Shown: positions 1 through 9,488 of the stretch, one piece after another | Layout: each line of letters begins with the position of its first letter | Numbering within the stretch: the first letter of the stretch is position 1 | From: Rhodothermales bacterium | Lineage (GTDB): Bacteria; Bacteroidota; Rhodothermia; Rhodothermales; JANQRZ01 | DNA: 64,000 nt | Direction: 5' to 3' | Assembly (NCBI GenBank): GCA_039944855.1 | Contig: JBDUXZ010000020.1 | Coordinates: 377,145-441,144 of the forward strand | Translations under genes and position numbers: made by a program | The notes under the pieces: generated by a model | Database searches by the model: none | What the model was told of the DNA's origin: nothing | What the model saw: only the letters and a program-made list of their open reading frames with translations

Positions 1-87
1 GACGAGGTGAGCCCGGCGACGCGGGACGTGCTCGTCCGCGCCGCCAAGATCCTCGCCAGCGTCTCGGGCACGATCACGTACCGCTAG
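1..87 (+). CDS. 3' end of an unidentified CDS that starts upstream of the window
   Basis: Frame 1 is open from base 1 to TAG at 85-87 (...DEVSPATRDVLVRAAKILASVSGTITYR*). Codon third positions are GC-rich like the neighbours. Too short to assign a family. Confidence 0.3.
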   Translation, partial: DEVSPATRDVLVRAAKILASVSGTITYR

Positions 88-113
88 CGCGCCACCTCTT
101 TTCTCCTCTCTCG

Positions 114-374
114 ATGGACTGGATCGACCTCCTGCAGTGGCCCGCGATGGCCGTCACCGTCGTTGCCACGGGGCTCGTCGGCACGCAGCGGCCCGGCTGG
201 CGCGAGGCTGGCTTCTGGCTGTTCCTCGCCTCGAACGCGCTCTGGATCGCGTGGGGCTGGCACGACGCGGCGTGGGCGCTCGTCGTGCTCCAAGTGGTGC
301 TCATCGGGTTCAACGTGCGCGGCGCGTACTCGAATGAGGAGGAGCGCGAGGAGGAGCAGGACGACGAGGCGTAG
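114..374 (+). CDS. Small integral membrane protein (about 3 TM helices), function unknown
   Basis: 86-aa ORF with three hydrophobic stretches (AMAVTVVATGLVG, GFWLFLASNALWIAWGW, WALVVLQVVLIGF) and an acidic tail EEEREEEQDDEA. The Trp/Asn-rich helices recall PnuC/SemiSWEET-like small transporters, unconfirmed. Confidence 0.5.
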   Translation: MDWIDLLQWPAMAVTVVATGLVGTQRPGWREAGFWLFLASNALWIAWGWHDAAWALVVLQVVLIGFNVRGAYSNEEEREEEQDDEA

Positions 375-412
375 CCTACTTTACGATCTCCCGTCACCAA
401 TCCCTTCGCCCG

Positions 413-670
413 ATGGACGACCTCCAGACCCGCTTCGACGAAGCCGCCGACGCCGCGCAGAACCTCGACGAGCGGCCCGATAACGCCACGCTCCTCCGGC
501 TCTACGCCCTCTACAAGCAGGCCACGGCCGGCGATGTGGAGGGCAAGCGCCCCGGCTTCACCGACTTCGCCGGCCGCGCCAAGTACGACGCCTGGGCCGA
601 GCTCGAAGGGACCGACCCCGACGAGGCGAAGCGGGACTACGTCGTGCTCGTGGAGGAGCTCACCGGCTGA
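413..670 (+). CDS. Acyl-CoA-binding protein (ACBP/DBI family)
   Basis: 85 aa with the ACBP hallmarks: F..A...V..L...P.N...L.LYALYKQAT.GD, then a basic/aromatic KYDAW segment (GRAKYDAWAEL). Size is typical of the single-domain family. Confidence 0.85.
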   Translation: MDDLQTRFDEAADAAQNLDERPDNATLLRLYALYKQATAGDVEGKRPGFTDFAGRAKYDAWAELEGTDPDEAKRDYVVLVEELTG

Positions 671-894
671 GCGATGCCGGGCCGGCGGGGTTATCTTCGG
701 GCCGCCCTGCTGCCGCCGCTCTCCCACCGCCTGGACGCACGGACGTCTCCTCCTCGGCATCGCCGAGGGGCGCGGGCTCGGCTGCGCCGAGCCTCCGCAC
801 GTGAGCGCCTCGCCCGCCCAGGGCCGACGTTGAGGCGGGCCGCATCCACGCCGACCGCTCGCTGTCTCCTTCGGCTTCGCCCAACGCCCACCGT

Positions 895-3009
895 ATGCCC
901 CCGCCCTCCGAGAAGCTCCAGCGCACACTGACGCTGTTCGACGTCTACGCCATCAGCACGGGCGCGATGTTCAGCTCGGGGTTCTTCCTCCTCCCCGGCC
1001 TCGCCACGGCAAAGGCGGGGCCGGCCGCCATCCTCGCCTACTTCCTCGCCGGCGTGCTCGTGCTGCCGGCCATGTTCAGCCAGGCCGAACTCGCGACGGC
1101 GATGCCGAAGGCGGGGGGGACGTACTACTTCCTCGACCGCAGCCTCGGCCCGGTCGCGGGCACGGTCGGCGGGCTGGGGACGTGGCTCGCGCTCATCTTC
1201 AAGAGCGCCTTCGCGCTGATCGGGATGGGAGCGTACCTCGTCCTCTTCCTCGACCTCCCCATCAAGCCGGTCGCCCTCGCCCTGACCGCGGCCTTCACGG
1301 TGCTGAACATCTTCGGGGCGAAGGAGACGAGCGGGCTCCAGCGCATCCTCGTGGTGACGATCGTCGGCGTGCTGGCCTTCTTCGTGGCGCAGGGGCTCTT
1401 GGAGATCTTTTCGGGCGACGTGGCAGCGACGCACCGCCTCCAGTTCGAGCCGTTCCTGCCGTTCGGCACCGGCAGCCTCGTCGCGACGATCGGCCTCGTG
1501 TTTGTCTCCTACGCCGGGCTGACGAAGGTGGCGAGCGTGGCCGAGGAGGTGCAGGACCCCGACCGCAACATCCCGCTCGGGATGTTCCTCTCGCTCGCGA
1601 CGGCGACGCTGCTCTACGTCGTCGGCGTCTACATCATGGTCGCCGTCCTCGACCCGGTCGAGCTCCGCGCGGACCTCACGCCGGTGGCTACGGCGGCCGA
1701 GGCGTTCTTCGACTGGTTCCCGGAGCCGGTCGGGCTCATCCTCATCGTGGCTGCGGCGATCGCGGCGTTCGCCTCCACGGCGAACGCGGGCATCCTCTCC
1801 GCCTCGCGTTACCCCCTCGCGATGGGGCGGGACCACCTCGTGACGCCGCGGTTCGCACACATCGGGAAGACGGGGACGCCGGTCCTCTCCATCCTCGTCA
1901 CGTCCGCGCTGATGGTCCTCATCATCGTGGCGTTCTCGGCCGAGGGCGTCGCCAAGCTCGCGAGCGCGTTCAACCTCCTCGTCTTCGGCCTCCTCAACCT
2001 CAGCGTGATCGTGATGCGCGAGAGCCGGATCCCGTCGTACGTGCCGGGCTACCGCTCGCCGCTCTACCCGTGGATGCAGATCGCGGGCATCGTCACCGCC
2101 GCCGTCCTCATCACGACGATGGGCGCGCTCTCGATCGGGTTCACGCTCGCCGTGATCGTCGTCGGCATCGCGTGGTACTTCTACTACGCCAGCGCCCACG
2201 TCGAGCGCGAGGGGGCGATTTACCACTTGTTCGAGCGGCTCGGGCGGCGGCGCGACGAGGGGCTCGACAGCGAACTGCGGACGATCCTGAAAGAGAAGGG
2301 GATGCGCGACGAGGCCCCGTTCGAGAGCCTCGTCACCCGCGCCGCCGTGCTCGACCTCGACGCATCGGTGCCGTACGAAGCGCTCATCGACCGGAGCGCG
2401 GCCGTGCTCGCCGACCGCCTCGGTGTGCCCGCCGAGCGGCTCCGGCAGGGGTTCATCGACGCGTCGAGCTACGGGGCGACGCCCGTCGTGGCGGGCGCGG
2501 CGCTGCCGCACCTCCGCCTGCCCGACATCGCGCAGGCGGAGCTCGCGCTCGTCCGCTGCCGCGCGGGCATCCGGCTCGAAACGGTCGCCGAGGAGGCGGA
2601 CGGCACGCGCGCGGCGTCGGAGGCGGTCTACGCCATCTTCTTCCTCGTCAGCCCGGCCGGCCATCCCGGCACGCACCTCCGCATGCTCGCCGGCCTCGCG
2701 AGCCGGCTCGACGAGGAGCACTTCATGGAGGAGTGGCAGGCGGCGACGAACGAGAAGGAGCTGAAGGAGGCGCTCCTCCACCACGAGCGCTACCTCTCGC
2801 TCCACCTCGACCCCGGCACGGCCGCCGCGGATTTCGTCGGGAAGGCGCTGCGCGAGCTCCGGCTCCCGCCCGGCAACCTCGTCGCGCTCGTCCGGCGGCG
2901 CGGCCGGCTCCTCGTGCCGAGCGGCAGCACCGTGCTCGAAGAGGGCGATCAGATCACGCTCATCGGGAATCCCGAGGGCATCGCCCGGCTCTACGAGACG
3001 TACGGCTGA
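895..3009 (+). CDS. APC-superfamily amino acid/cation permease fused to a PTS-EIIA-like domain and a TrkA-C (RCK_C) domain
   Basis: The N-terminal ~430 aa are polytopic with an APC-type start (LTLFDVYAISTGAMFSSGFFLLPG). The middle region carries ALPHLRLPD...AVYAIFFLVSP, which is EIIA(Ntr/Fru)-like. The C-terminus LRLPPGNLVALVRRRGRLLVPSGSTVLEEGDQITLIG is a TrkA-C signature. Confidence 0.85.
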   Translation: MPPPSEKLQRTLTLFDVYAISTGAMFSSGFFLLPGLATAKAGPAAILAYFLAGVLVLPAMFSQAELATAMPKAGGTYYFLDRSLGPVAGTVGGLGTWLALIFKSAFALIGMGAYLVLFLDLPIKPVALALTAAFTVLNIFGAKETSGLQRILVVTIVGVLAFFVAQGLLEIFSGDVAATHRLQFEPFLPFGTGSLVATIGLVFVSYAGLTKVASVAEEVQDPDRNIPLGMFLSLATATLLYVVGVYIMVAVLDPVELRADLTPVATAAEAFFDWFPEPVGLILIVAAAIAAFASTANAGILSASRYPLAMGRDHLVTPRFAHIGKTGTPVLSILVTSALMVLIIVAFSAEGVAKLASAFNLLVFGLLNLSVIVMRESRIPSYVPGYRSPLYPWMQIAGIVTAAVLITTMGALSIGFTLAVIVVGIAWYFYYASAHVEREGAIYHLFERLGRRRDEGLDSELRTILKEKGMRDEAPFESLVTRAAVLDLDASVPYEALIDRSAAVLADRLGVPAERLRQGFIDASSYGATPVVAGAALPHLRLPDIAQAELALVRCRAGIRLETVAEEADGTRAASEAVYAIFFLVSPAGHPGTHLRMLAGLASRLDEEHFMEEWQAATNEKELKEALLHHERYLSLHLDPGTAAADFVGKALRELRLPPGNLVALVRRRGRLLVPSGSTVLEEGDQITLIGNPEGIARLYETYG

Positions 3010-3075
3010 GCCAGGCCCGGGCGTACCTTTCGTTCCCTCTCCCCGCCATCCGATCTCCGTCATCCGAACCATCCC

Positions 3076-3693
3076 ATGCGCCCGCTCCCGTTCCGCCCGC
3101 TCGTCGCCCTCGTCCTGCTCGCCGCCCTCACCCTCGGCGGCTGCTCCAGCCGCGCCGCCCTCGACGAGGGGCCGAGCGAGATCGAGCTGCTCCGCGAAGA
3201 CCTCAACGCGGCCTACGCCGAGATCGACCGCTTGAAGGCGCAGAATGCGTCAATGGAGCGGCAGCTCCGCGAGGCGATGGACCGCGCCGCTGGCGGGGCC
3301 AGCAACGGCGAGCGCGGCGAGACGGTCGCCGTGCTCCCGACGGACATCCTCTTCGCCTCCGGCAGCGCCGAGCTCACGCCGGAGGGTGTCGCCGAGCTCG
3401 CCAACGTCGCCGCCCGCCTCCGGGCCGAGTATCCCGGCCGCGAAGTCCGCATCGAAGGCTCGACCGACGACAAGCCGATCGGGCCGAACCTGCAGTCGAA
3501 GTACCCGAGCAACTGGGAGCTCTCGGCCGCGCGCGCGAGCATGGTCGCCCGCCACCTCCAGTGGACCCACAACCTCGAGGGGACGGACATGGAAGTCGTC
3601 GGGCTGGCGCAGTACCACCCGCTGACGTCGAACGCGACGCCGGAAGGGCGGCAGCAGAACCGCCGCGTCCGCATCGCGGTGATGGGCGAATAA
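3076..3693 (+). CDS. OmpA/MotB-family lipoprotein (coiled-coil N-terminal part, peptidoglycan-binding OmpA_C domain)
   Basis: Lipobox LTLGGC after a signal peptide. The OmpA_C motifs are present: ILFASGSAELTPEG, GSTDDKPIG, SNWELSAARA, NRRVRIAV. Confidence 0.85.
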   Translation: MRPLPFRPLVALVLLAALTLGGCSSRAALDEGPSEIELLREDLNAAYAEIDRLKAQNASMERQLREAMDRAAGGASNGERGETVAVLPTDILFASGSAELTPEGVAELANVAARLRAEYPGREVRIEGSTDDKPIGPNLQSKYPSNWELSAARASMVARHLQWTHNLEGTDMEVVGLAQYHPLTSNATPEGRQQNRRVRIAVMGE

Positions 3694-3753
3694 GCGAACC
3701 CTCTGGGCGAGCGAGCCCGGTGCGTCCGAGAAACGTGCCGCGCCCCACCTGCC

Positions 3754-4620
3754 ATGGCCCCATCGAACGCCGCGCCGACGCGCCCCGTCGCGGAGACCCT
3801 CACGGAGTACGGCCGCGGGCTGGCCGGGGGCCTCCTGTTCAGCCTCCCCCTCCTCTACACGATGGAGGTCTGGTGGCAGGGGCACCTCGCGCCGCCGGGC
3901 CGGCAACTCGCCTACGTCGTCGGGATGTTTGGCCTGCTGGTGGCCTACACCCACGTTGTCGGATTGAGACAGGATCGGAGCCTGCAGGAGAACCTCCACG
4001 AGGCGCTCGAAGCCGTCGCGCTGGGCCTGTTCGCCGCGGCCGTCGTCCTGACATTGGCGGGCCGGCTGTCGCTGGAAGGCATCTCGGCCGTGACCTTGGG
4101 GAAGCTGACGATGGAGGGGATGGTGACTGCCATCGGCGTGGCCGTCGGGACGACCCAGCTTGGGGCGAGCGAGGGGGAACAGGACTCGGGCGAGGAGAGG
4201 GACGAGCCGGAGCCGCGCGGCCTGCTGGCCGAGGTGGCCTTCGCCCTGCTCGGGGCCGTGCTCGTCGCATCGAACGTGGCACCGACCGAGGAGATCTTGC
4301 TCATCGCGGTCGAGACACACACGGTATCGCTGCTGCTGATCGTCGTGCTGTCGCTCGGGTTCGCGCTGGGCATGGTGCGGTACGCGGGGTTCCGGGGAGC
4401 CGGCCGGCTGGAGGACGACCCGCTGGCCGGGCACCCACTCTGGGGTAGCGTGGTCACGTACGCCGCCGCCCTCGCGGCCTCGGCGGCGATGCTATGGGCG
4501 TTCGGCCGGTTCGACGGGGCGGGGTGGTCCGAAGTGGTGCGGCAGATCGTCGTGCTCGGGTTGCCGGCCGTCCTCGGCGCGGCGGCCGGCCGGCTTCTGC
4601 TCGGGGGGGAACCGTCATGA
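3754..4620 (+). CDS. Polytopic membrane protein, probably the TIGR02587/DUF2391 family (from memory)
   Basis: 288 aa with several TM helices. The N-terminal motif YGRGLAGGLLFSLPLLYTMEVWW matches my recollection of TIGR02587. Its stop overlaps the next start (ATGA at 4617-4620). Confidence 0.6.
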   Translation: MAPSNAAPTRPVAETLTEYGRGLAGGLLFSLPLLYTMEVWWQGHLAPPGRQLAYVVGMFGLLVAYTHVVGLRQDRSLQENLHEALEAVALGLFAAAVVLTLAGRLSLEGISAVTLGKLTMEGMVTAIGVAVGTTQLGASEGEQDSGEERDEPEPRGLLAEVAFALLGAVLVASNVAPTEEILLIAVETHTVSLLLIVVLSLGFALGMVRYAGFRGAGRLEDDPLAGHPLWGSVVTYAAALAASAAMLWAFGRFDGAGWSEVVRQIVVLGLPAVLGAAAGRLLLGGEPS

Positions 4621-4991
4621 GCGACGAAAAGCAACGGGCCAACGTGCTGGAGAAGATCGTCGCCGGACTCGGGGCGCTGCTGCTCCTCGCCGTCGTCGCA
4701 CTCCTCGTGCTCGATCTCGCGAGCCACGCGGGCGAGCCGGCCGATCTCCGGGTGGCGCTCGGGGCGCCGGTCTCTCGAAGCGGACAGGTGTTCGTGCCGG
4801 TGCGCGTGCGGAACGTGGGCGGGCACACAGCGGAGGAAGCGGTGATCGAAGTCTGCGCGAGTAGCTCGAATTGCGCCACGGTGTCCTTCTCGTATGTCCC
4901 CCGCGGCTCGGCGCGCGAGGGAGTAGTCGGCTTACGGGCTCCGCTGGAGGCAGCGCCCACGGCCCGTGTGACGAGCTACCGTACGCCGTGA
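4617..4991 (+). CDS. Single-TM protein, probable TIGR02588-type partner of the preceding gene
   Basis: The ATG at 4617 overlaps the upstream TGA. The protein begins MSDEKQRANVLEKIVAGLGALLLLAVVALLVL (one TM), followed by a small beta-rich domain. The ORF-track start at 4494 lies inside the previous gene and was rejected. Confidence 0.55.
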   Translation: MSDEKQRANVLEKIVAGLGALLLLAVVALLVLDLASHAGEPADLRVALGAPVSRSGQVFVPVRVRNVGGHTAEEAVIEVCASSSNCATVSFSYVPRGSAREGVVGLRAPLEAAPTARVTSYRTP

Positions 4992-5090
4992 GGGGGAGGC
5001 GCCCGCGTCGCGGGCTCGTCAGCGTGGAGAGGCCCGGAGCCCGACGCGCGCTGATGGGTTAGACCCGGGCGCCGTCACGCTCTTCCGACC

Positions 5091-5801
5091 ATGCTCGTCC
5101 CCTTCCTCGCCGCGCTCTTCCTCGCCACCGTCCACGTCTTCGCGGGCAAGCTCCGCTTCCTCGACGCCGTCCCGCGCTCGGTGTGGCTCTCGGGGGCGGG
5201 CGGGGCGAGCGTGGCGTACGTCTTCCTCCACCTCCTCCCCGAACTCGCCCACGGGCAGGAGACGCTCGCCGAGGCGATGGGCGAGGCGCTCCACTTCCTC
5301 GACGCGCACGTGTGGATCCTGGCGCTCGTCGGGCTCTCCGCGTTCTACGGGCTCGACAAAGCGGCGCGGGAGAGCGAGGGCGAAGGCGAGCACGTCGAGC
5401 GCGGCGTGTTCTGGCTCCACGTCGTCTCGTTCGGGCTCTACAACGCGATCATCGGCTACCTCTTGCTCCACCGCGAGGACCCGACGCCCGCCGCCCTCGC
5501 GACGTACACCACCGCGATGGCGCTCCACTTCGTCGTCAACGACTACGGGCTGCGGCAGAACCACCCGCGCCTCTACCACCGCATCGGGCGGTGGCTGCTC
5601 GGCGCGGCGGTCGTCGCGGGCTGGGTCGTGGCGGCGCTCGTCCGGTTACCCGAGCCGGTCGTCGTGGGCGCGGTGGCGTTCCTCGGCGGCGGCGTGATCC
5701 TCAACGTGATGAAGGAGGAACTCCCCGAGGACCGGAAGAGCCGGTTCCTCCCGTTCGCTGTCGGCGCGACGCTCTACGCCGCGCTCCTCGCCGTCACCTG
5801 A
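5091..5801 (+). CDS. Integral membrane protein, possible ZIP-like divalent-metal transporter (function uncertain)
   Basis: 236 aa with about 7-8 TM helices. His/Glu-containing helix motifs ([31 protein letters not shown]) loosely resemble ZIP metal-binding helices. Confidence 0.55.
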   Translation: MLVPFLAALFLATVHVFAGKLRFLDAVPRSVWLSGAGGASVAYVFLHLLPELAHGQETLAEAMGEALHFLDAHVWILALVGLSAFYGLDKAARESEGEGEHVERGVFWLHVVSFGLYNAIIGYLLLHREDPTPAALATYTTAMALHFVVNDYGLRQNHPRLYHRIGRWLLGAAVVAGWVVAALVRLPEPVVVGAVAFLGGGVILNVMKEELPEDRKSRFLPFAVGATLYAALLAVT

Positions 5802-5888
5802 GCCCTGCCCGTTCCGCGTGCCGAACGCTGTGGATCGAACGCCGCGCGGGCTCGCGCGTTCTGCTTCTTCTCTCACCTCTCCCCTCCC

Positions 5889-6383
5889 ATGTTCGACACC
5901 GCGAACGAAGACCTCGTCATCCTCGCCGAGATCGCCCTCGCCCTCGTATGCGGCGGCGCGATCGGGCTCGAACGCGAGCTCGCCGGCAAGTGGGCCGGCC
6001 TCCGCACGAACATGCTCGTCTGCTTCGGCGCCGCCCTCTTCGTGAAGACGAGCCAGATCATCGTGCTCACGACGGTCCCGCTCTGGGAGAGCTCCGGCCT
6101 CTCCGACTCCGCCTTCAGCGCCGACCCCGTCCGCATCGTGCAGGCCATCGTCGTCGGCGTCTCGTTCGTCGGTGCGGGGGCCGTCTTCCGCGACCCGGAC
6201 AAGAACGTCGCGCGCGGGATGACGACGGCGGCGACGCTCCTCGTCGTCGCGCCCATCGGGATCGCCGTGGCCGAGGGGCGCTACCTCCTCGCCGTCGGCG
6301 CGACGGTCCTCGTCATCCTCGTCCTCCGCGTGCTCGACTGGGTCGAAGAGCGCTTCATTCCCGACCGCACCGACGCCTCGTGA
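5889..6383 (+). CDS. MgtC/SapB family membrane protein
   Basis: The N-terminal region [41 protein letters not shown] is the MgtC signature (GxERE...AGxRT). The 164-aa size fits the family. Confidence 0.85.
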   Translation: MFDTANEDLVILAEIALALVCGGAIGLERELAGKWAGLRTNMLVCFGAALFVKTSQIIVLTTVPLWESSGLSDSAFSADPVRIVQAIVVGVSFVGAGAVFRDPDKNVARGMTTAATLLVVAPIGIAVAEGRYLLAVGATVLVILVLRVLDWVEERFIPDRTDAS

Positions 6384-6727
6384 TCCCCATCCCCGACACC
6401 GACGACGCCCTGCTCGCCGAGTGCGACGTGGACACGTTCCGCTCCGGCGGGAAGGGCGGCCAGCACGCGAACAAGACGGAGTCCGCCGTCCGGCTCCGCC
6501 ACCGCCCGAGCGGCCTCGTCGTGACGAGCCAGCAGGAGCGGAGCCAGCACCGGAACAAGCAGATCGCGCTCGACGAGCTCCGCCTCCGCCTCGTGCGGCT
6601 GAACTTCAAGCCGCCCCGCCGCGTCAAAACCAAGCCGACGAAAGCGTCGAAACGCCGTCGGGTCGAGGCCAAGCGCAAGCGCTCGGAGAAGAAAAAGCTC
6701 CGCCGCCCGCCCCGTCTCGGCGACTGA
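6380..6727 (+). CDS. arfB: ArfB-like ribosome-rescue peptidyl-tRNA hydrolase (RF-1 domain with GGQ, basic C-terminal tail)
   Basis: [21 protein letters not shown] places the GGQ motif at residues 26-28 from GTG 6380, as in E. coli ArfB. The Lys/Arg-rich tail is [27 protein letters not shown] overlaps the mgtC-like stop (GTGA). The remainder of track ORF 5183-6727 is a shadow frame. Confidence 0.75.
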   Translation: MIPIPDTDDALLAECDVDTFRSGGKGGQHANKTESAVRLRHRPSGLVVTSQQERSQHRNKQIALDELRLRLVRLNFKPPRRVKTKPTKASKRRRVEAKRKRSEKKKLRRPPRLGD

Positions 6728-6755
6728 TTCCCCTCTCCCCTCATCCGATTCTGTC

Positions 6756-7019
6756 ATGGCGAAGAACCACGGACCGAGCGTCAAAAAAGACGACACCTAC
6801 GAAGAACTCCGCGATAAGGGCTACTCCAAAGAGAAGTCCGCCCGCATCGCGAACGCGCAGGCGAACGGCGGGCAGCACCCGTCGAAGAAGGGCGGCCACG
6901 CGAAAAAGTACGAGGATCGCACGAAGGACGAACTCTACGAGCAGGCGAAGCAGGTTGGCATCGAGGGCCGCTCGAAGATGAGCAAGAGCGAGCTGATCGA
7001 CGCGCTCCGCAACCACTGA
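6756..7019 (+). CDS. Small hydrophilic protein with a C-terminal Rho_N/SAP-like helix-extended-helix domain
   Basis: 87 aa. The C-terminus TKDELYEQAKQVGIEGRSKMSKSELIDALRNH matches the Rho termination factor N-terminal domain pattern. The N-terminal part is basic and probably disordered. Confidence 0.7.
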   Translation: MAKNHGPSVKKDDTYEELRDKGYSKEKSARIANAQANGGQHPSKKGGHAKKYEDRTKDELYEQAKQVGIEGRSKMSKSELIDALRNH

Positions 7020-7085
7020 GTGATCGCGGAGTGTTCCGGTGGGGGCGGGAGGTGGTAGGTTTGGCTTCTCCCAACGCCCCTGCCG

Positions 7086-9434
7086 ATGAAGCGCTCGCTC
7101 GTCCTCGTCCTCCTTGCCGTCGCCCTCGCGACGGCGGCCACGGCCCAACCGGACCGGCCCTTACGCCCGGTCCCCCTCGTCGCTGGGCAACCCGATACCG
7201 TCCTCGTCGCCGATCTCTTCCCGGACTCCGACGGTCTTTCGTTCGGGGCGAGCGACGAGGTCGAGGCGCGCTACGATGCCGCAGTGGGCACGCTCGCCCT
7301 CACGGCGCGGAGCGACTTCGAAGGGCTCGCGCTCGTCCCGTTCCGCCAGCGCGGCGAGGCCTTCGTGCTGCCCGTCCGCTCGCGCGTCCTGACGCCGCAT
7401 CGCTTCACGTTCCGCGCCACCGCGCCGGTCAGTGAGGTGTTCGTCATCGGCCAGTTCAACGACTGGAGCCGGAGCGCGACGCCGCTCGCCGATCCCGACG
7501 GCCACGGCGTGTGGGAGACGACGGTGCCGCTCGAGCCGGGCCGCTACGAGTACAAGTTCACCGCCGACGGCGCCGAGGTCCTCGACCCCGATAACCCGGC
7601 GCGCGTGCCGAACGGGCTCGGCGGGACGAACAACGTGCTCACGATCCCGCCGCGCCACACCGCCTCGGTCGATCTCCTCACGCTGTCCGCCACCGACGAC
7701 CACCTCCGCTTCGCTTTCCTGCGCGACGGCGCGCCCGCGCCCGTGCGCCCCAGCGACGTGGTCGCGCTCGTCGGGAATCGGCCGGTGGCGAGCGAGGCCG
7801 TTTCCGTCGAGGGGCACGAGGTCCGTGTGCGCCGCATGCCTGAGATGGACGGCGAAACCGCCCGCGTGGCGGTTCGGCAGGGCGGCCAGGCGACACGCTT
7901 CGCGACGGTAACGCTCGGCGACGACTTCGCGTGGCGCGACGCCGTGCTCTACCAGATCCTCGTCGACCGCTGGGCCGACGGCGACCCGGCGAACTCCGTC
8001 CCCGTTCCGCACGACTCGGTCGCCGCGCGGGCGAACTACCACGGCGGCGATTTGCAGGGCATCCTCGACAAGATGAACGAGGGCTACTTCGACTCGCTCG
8101 GCGTGAACGTGCTCTGGCTCTCGCCCGTCGTCGAGAACACGGACCGGGCGTACCGCGAGTACCCGCCGCCGCACCGCTATTACACCGGCTACCACGGCTA
8201 CTGGCCGACCGACCCCGAGGCCGTCGAGGGGCGCTTCGGAGATATGGACCTGCTGCGCGACGTCGTCGACGCGGCGCACGCGCGGGGGATGAAGGTGCTG
8301 CTCGACTACGTCGCCAACCACACCCACGAGGAGCACCCGTACTTCCAGCAGCACCGCGACTGGTTCGGCGTGCTCGATCTCCCCGATGGGCGGAAGAACC
8401 TCCGGCTCTGGGACGAGCACCGCCTCACGACGTGGTTCGAGCCCTACCTCCCCAGCTTCGACTTCGAGGGCTCGGAGGAGGCCTTGCAGGTGATGACCGA
8501 CAACGCCGTGTGGTGGATCGAGACGAGCGGGGCCGACGGCTTCCGCCACGACGCCGTGAAGCACATCCCCAACCGCTTCTGGCGCACGCTGACGCGGAAG
8601 CTCCGCGCCGTCGACTCCGTCCGCGTCGCGGAGGGCGAGCCGCCGCTCTACCAGATCGGCGAGACGTTCGGCTCGTACGACCTCATCGCCAGCTACGTCA
8701 CTCCCGGCCAGCTCGATGCGCAGTTCAATTTCAACCTCTACGACACGGCGAAGTACGTCTTCCTCGACCCCGACGCCGACTTCGCCGTGCTCGACGCCGA
8801 GATGCAGAAGACGCTCGACGTTTACGGGCCGGACCACGTCATGGGTACCCTCATGGACTCCCACGACAAAGCCCGCTTCCTCGCCTACGCCGACGGCGAC
8901 CTCGCCCGCGACGCCGCCGACGACAAAGAGATCGGCTGGCTGACGGACATCGCCGTGGACGACCCGGCGAGCTACCGCCGCGCCGAGCTCTACCTCGCCT
9001 ACCTCCTCACCACGCCCGGCGTCCCGACGATCTACTACGGCGACGAGATCGGGATGACGGGCGCGAACGACCCCGACAACCGCCGCCCGATGCGCTTCGG
9101 CGACGACGTCACGCCAGACGAGCGGGCGCTGAAGGAAGACGTGGCCGCCCTCGTACGCCTCCGCCGCGAGCGCGAATCGCTACGGCGCGGCGGCTTCCAC
9201 ACGCTCCGCGCCGAGGGCGACTTGTGGGCGTATCTCCGCGCCGGGGCCGAGGGCCGCACGCTCGTCGTGCTCAACAAAGGCGATGCGCCCGAAACCTTTG
9301 CGCTCGATCTCCCCGCGCCGCTCGCGTCCCGCGCCGCGCGGGACGCGCTCACCGGCGAGGCCGTGTCCGTCGCGGGCCGGCGCGTTACGCTCGCCGTTCC
9401 CTCGGTCGGCTACCGCGTCGTGGACCTCGACTAA
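7086..9434 (+). CDS. Secreted GH13 alpha-amylase-family glycoside hydrolase with an N-terminal CBM48/E-set glycogen-binding module
   Basis: Signal peptide MKRSLVLVLLAVALATAATAQ. CBM48-like segment FVIGQFNDWS...GVWETTVPLEPGRYEYKFTADG. GH13 conserved regions: DYVANHT, GADGFRHDAVKHI, YQIGETFG, LMDSHDKARF. Confidence 0.9.
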   Translation: MKRSLVLVLLAVALATAATAQPDRPLRPVPLVAGQPDTVLVADLFPDSDGLSFGASDEVEARYDAAVGTLALTARSDFEGLALVPFRQRGEAFVLPVRSRVLTPHRFTFRATAPVSEVFVIGQFNDWSRSATPLADPDGHGVWETTVPLEPGRYEYKFTADGAEVLDPDNPARVPNGLGGTNNVLTIPPRHTASVDLLTLSATDDHLRFAFLRDGAPAPVRPSDVVALVGNRPVASEAVSVEGHEVRVRRMPEMDGETARVAVRQGGQATRFATVTLGDDFAWRDAVLYQILVDRWADGDPANSVPVPHDSVAARANYHGGDLQGILDKMNEGYFDSLGVNVLWLSPVVENTDRAYREYPPPHRYYTGYHGYWPTDPEAVEGRFGDMDLLRDVVDAAHARGMKVLLDYVANHTHEEHPYFQQHRDWFGVLDLPDGRKNLRLWDEHRLTTWFEPYLPSFDFEGSEEALQVMTDNAVWWIETSGADGFRHDAVKHIPNRFWRTLTRKLRAVDSVRVAEGEPPLYQIGETFGSYDLIASYVTPGQLDAQFNFNLYDTAKYVFLDPDADFAVLDAEMQKTLDVYGPDHVMGTLMDSHDKARFLAYADGDLARDAADDKEIGWLTDIAVDDPASYRRAELYLAYLLTTPGVPTIYYGDEIGMTGANDPDNRRPMRFGDDVTPDERALKEDVAALVRLRRERESLRRGGFHTLRAEGDLWAYLRAGAEGRTLVVLNKGDAPETFALDLPAPLASRAARDALTGEAVSVAGRRVTLAVPSVGYRVVDLD

Positions 9435-9439
9435 ACAGC

Positions 9440-9465
9440 GAAGGGCGACCGTGAGGCCGCCCTTC
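9440..9465. terminator. Hairpin between convergent genes (putative bidirectional terminator)
   Basis: GAAGGGCGACC-GTGA-GGCCGCCCTTC is an 11-bp stem with one mismatch. It starts 6 nt after the amylase stop and ends 24 nt before the stop of the minus-strand gene. Confidence 0.45.
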
Positions 9466-9488
9466 TTGCAGCATCGCGCAATGTAATG

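Noticed and set aside
691-3072. 793-aa minus-strand ORF, plus the 1088-aa plus-strand ORF 1182-4448, both overlapping the APC permease region
   Set aside because: Their composition is Arg/Pro/Gly/Ala/Asp-dominated low complexity (…RRRARAVRLLGDRFEPDARAAADERELRLRD…), typical of off-frame or antisense translation in ~70% GC DNA. They overlap ORFs with clear family motifs (APC permease, OmpA, membrane proteins). The 1182-4448 ORF would also span three independently supported genes.
5183-6379. First ~400 codons of the 514-aa ORF 5183-6727
   Set aside because: This is an Arg/Pro/Gly-rich shadow frame across the membrane-protein and MgtC genes. Only the final 115 codons, from GTG 6380, encode the GGQ-containing ArfB-like protein.
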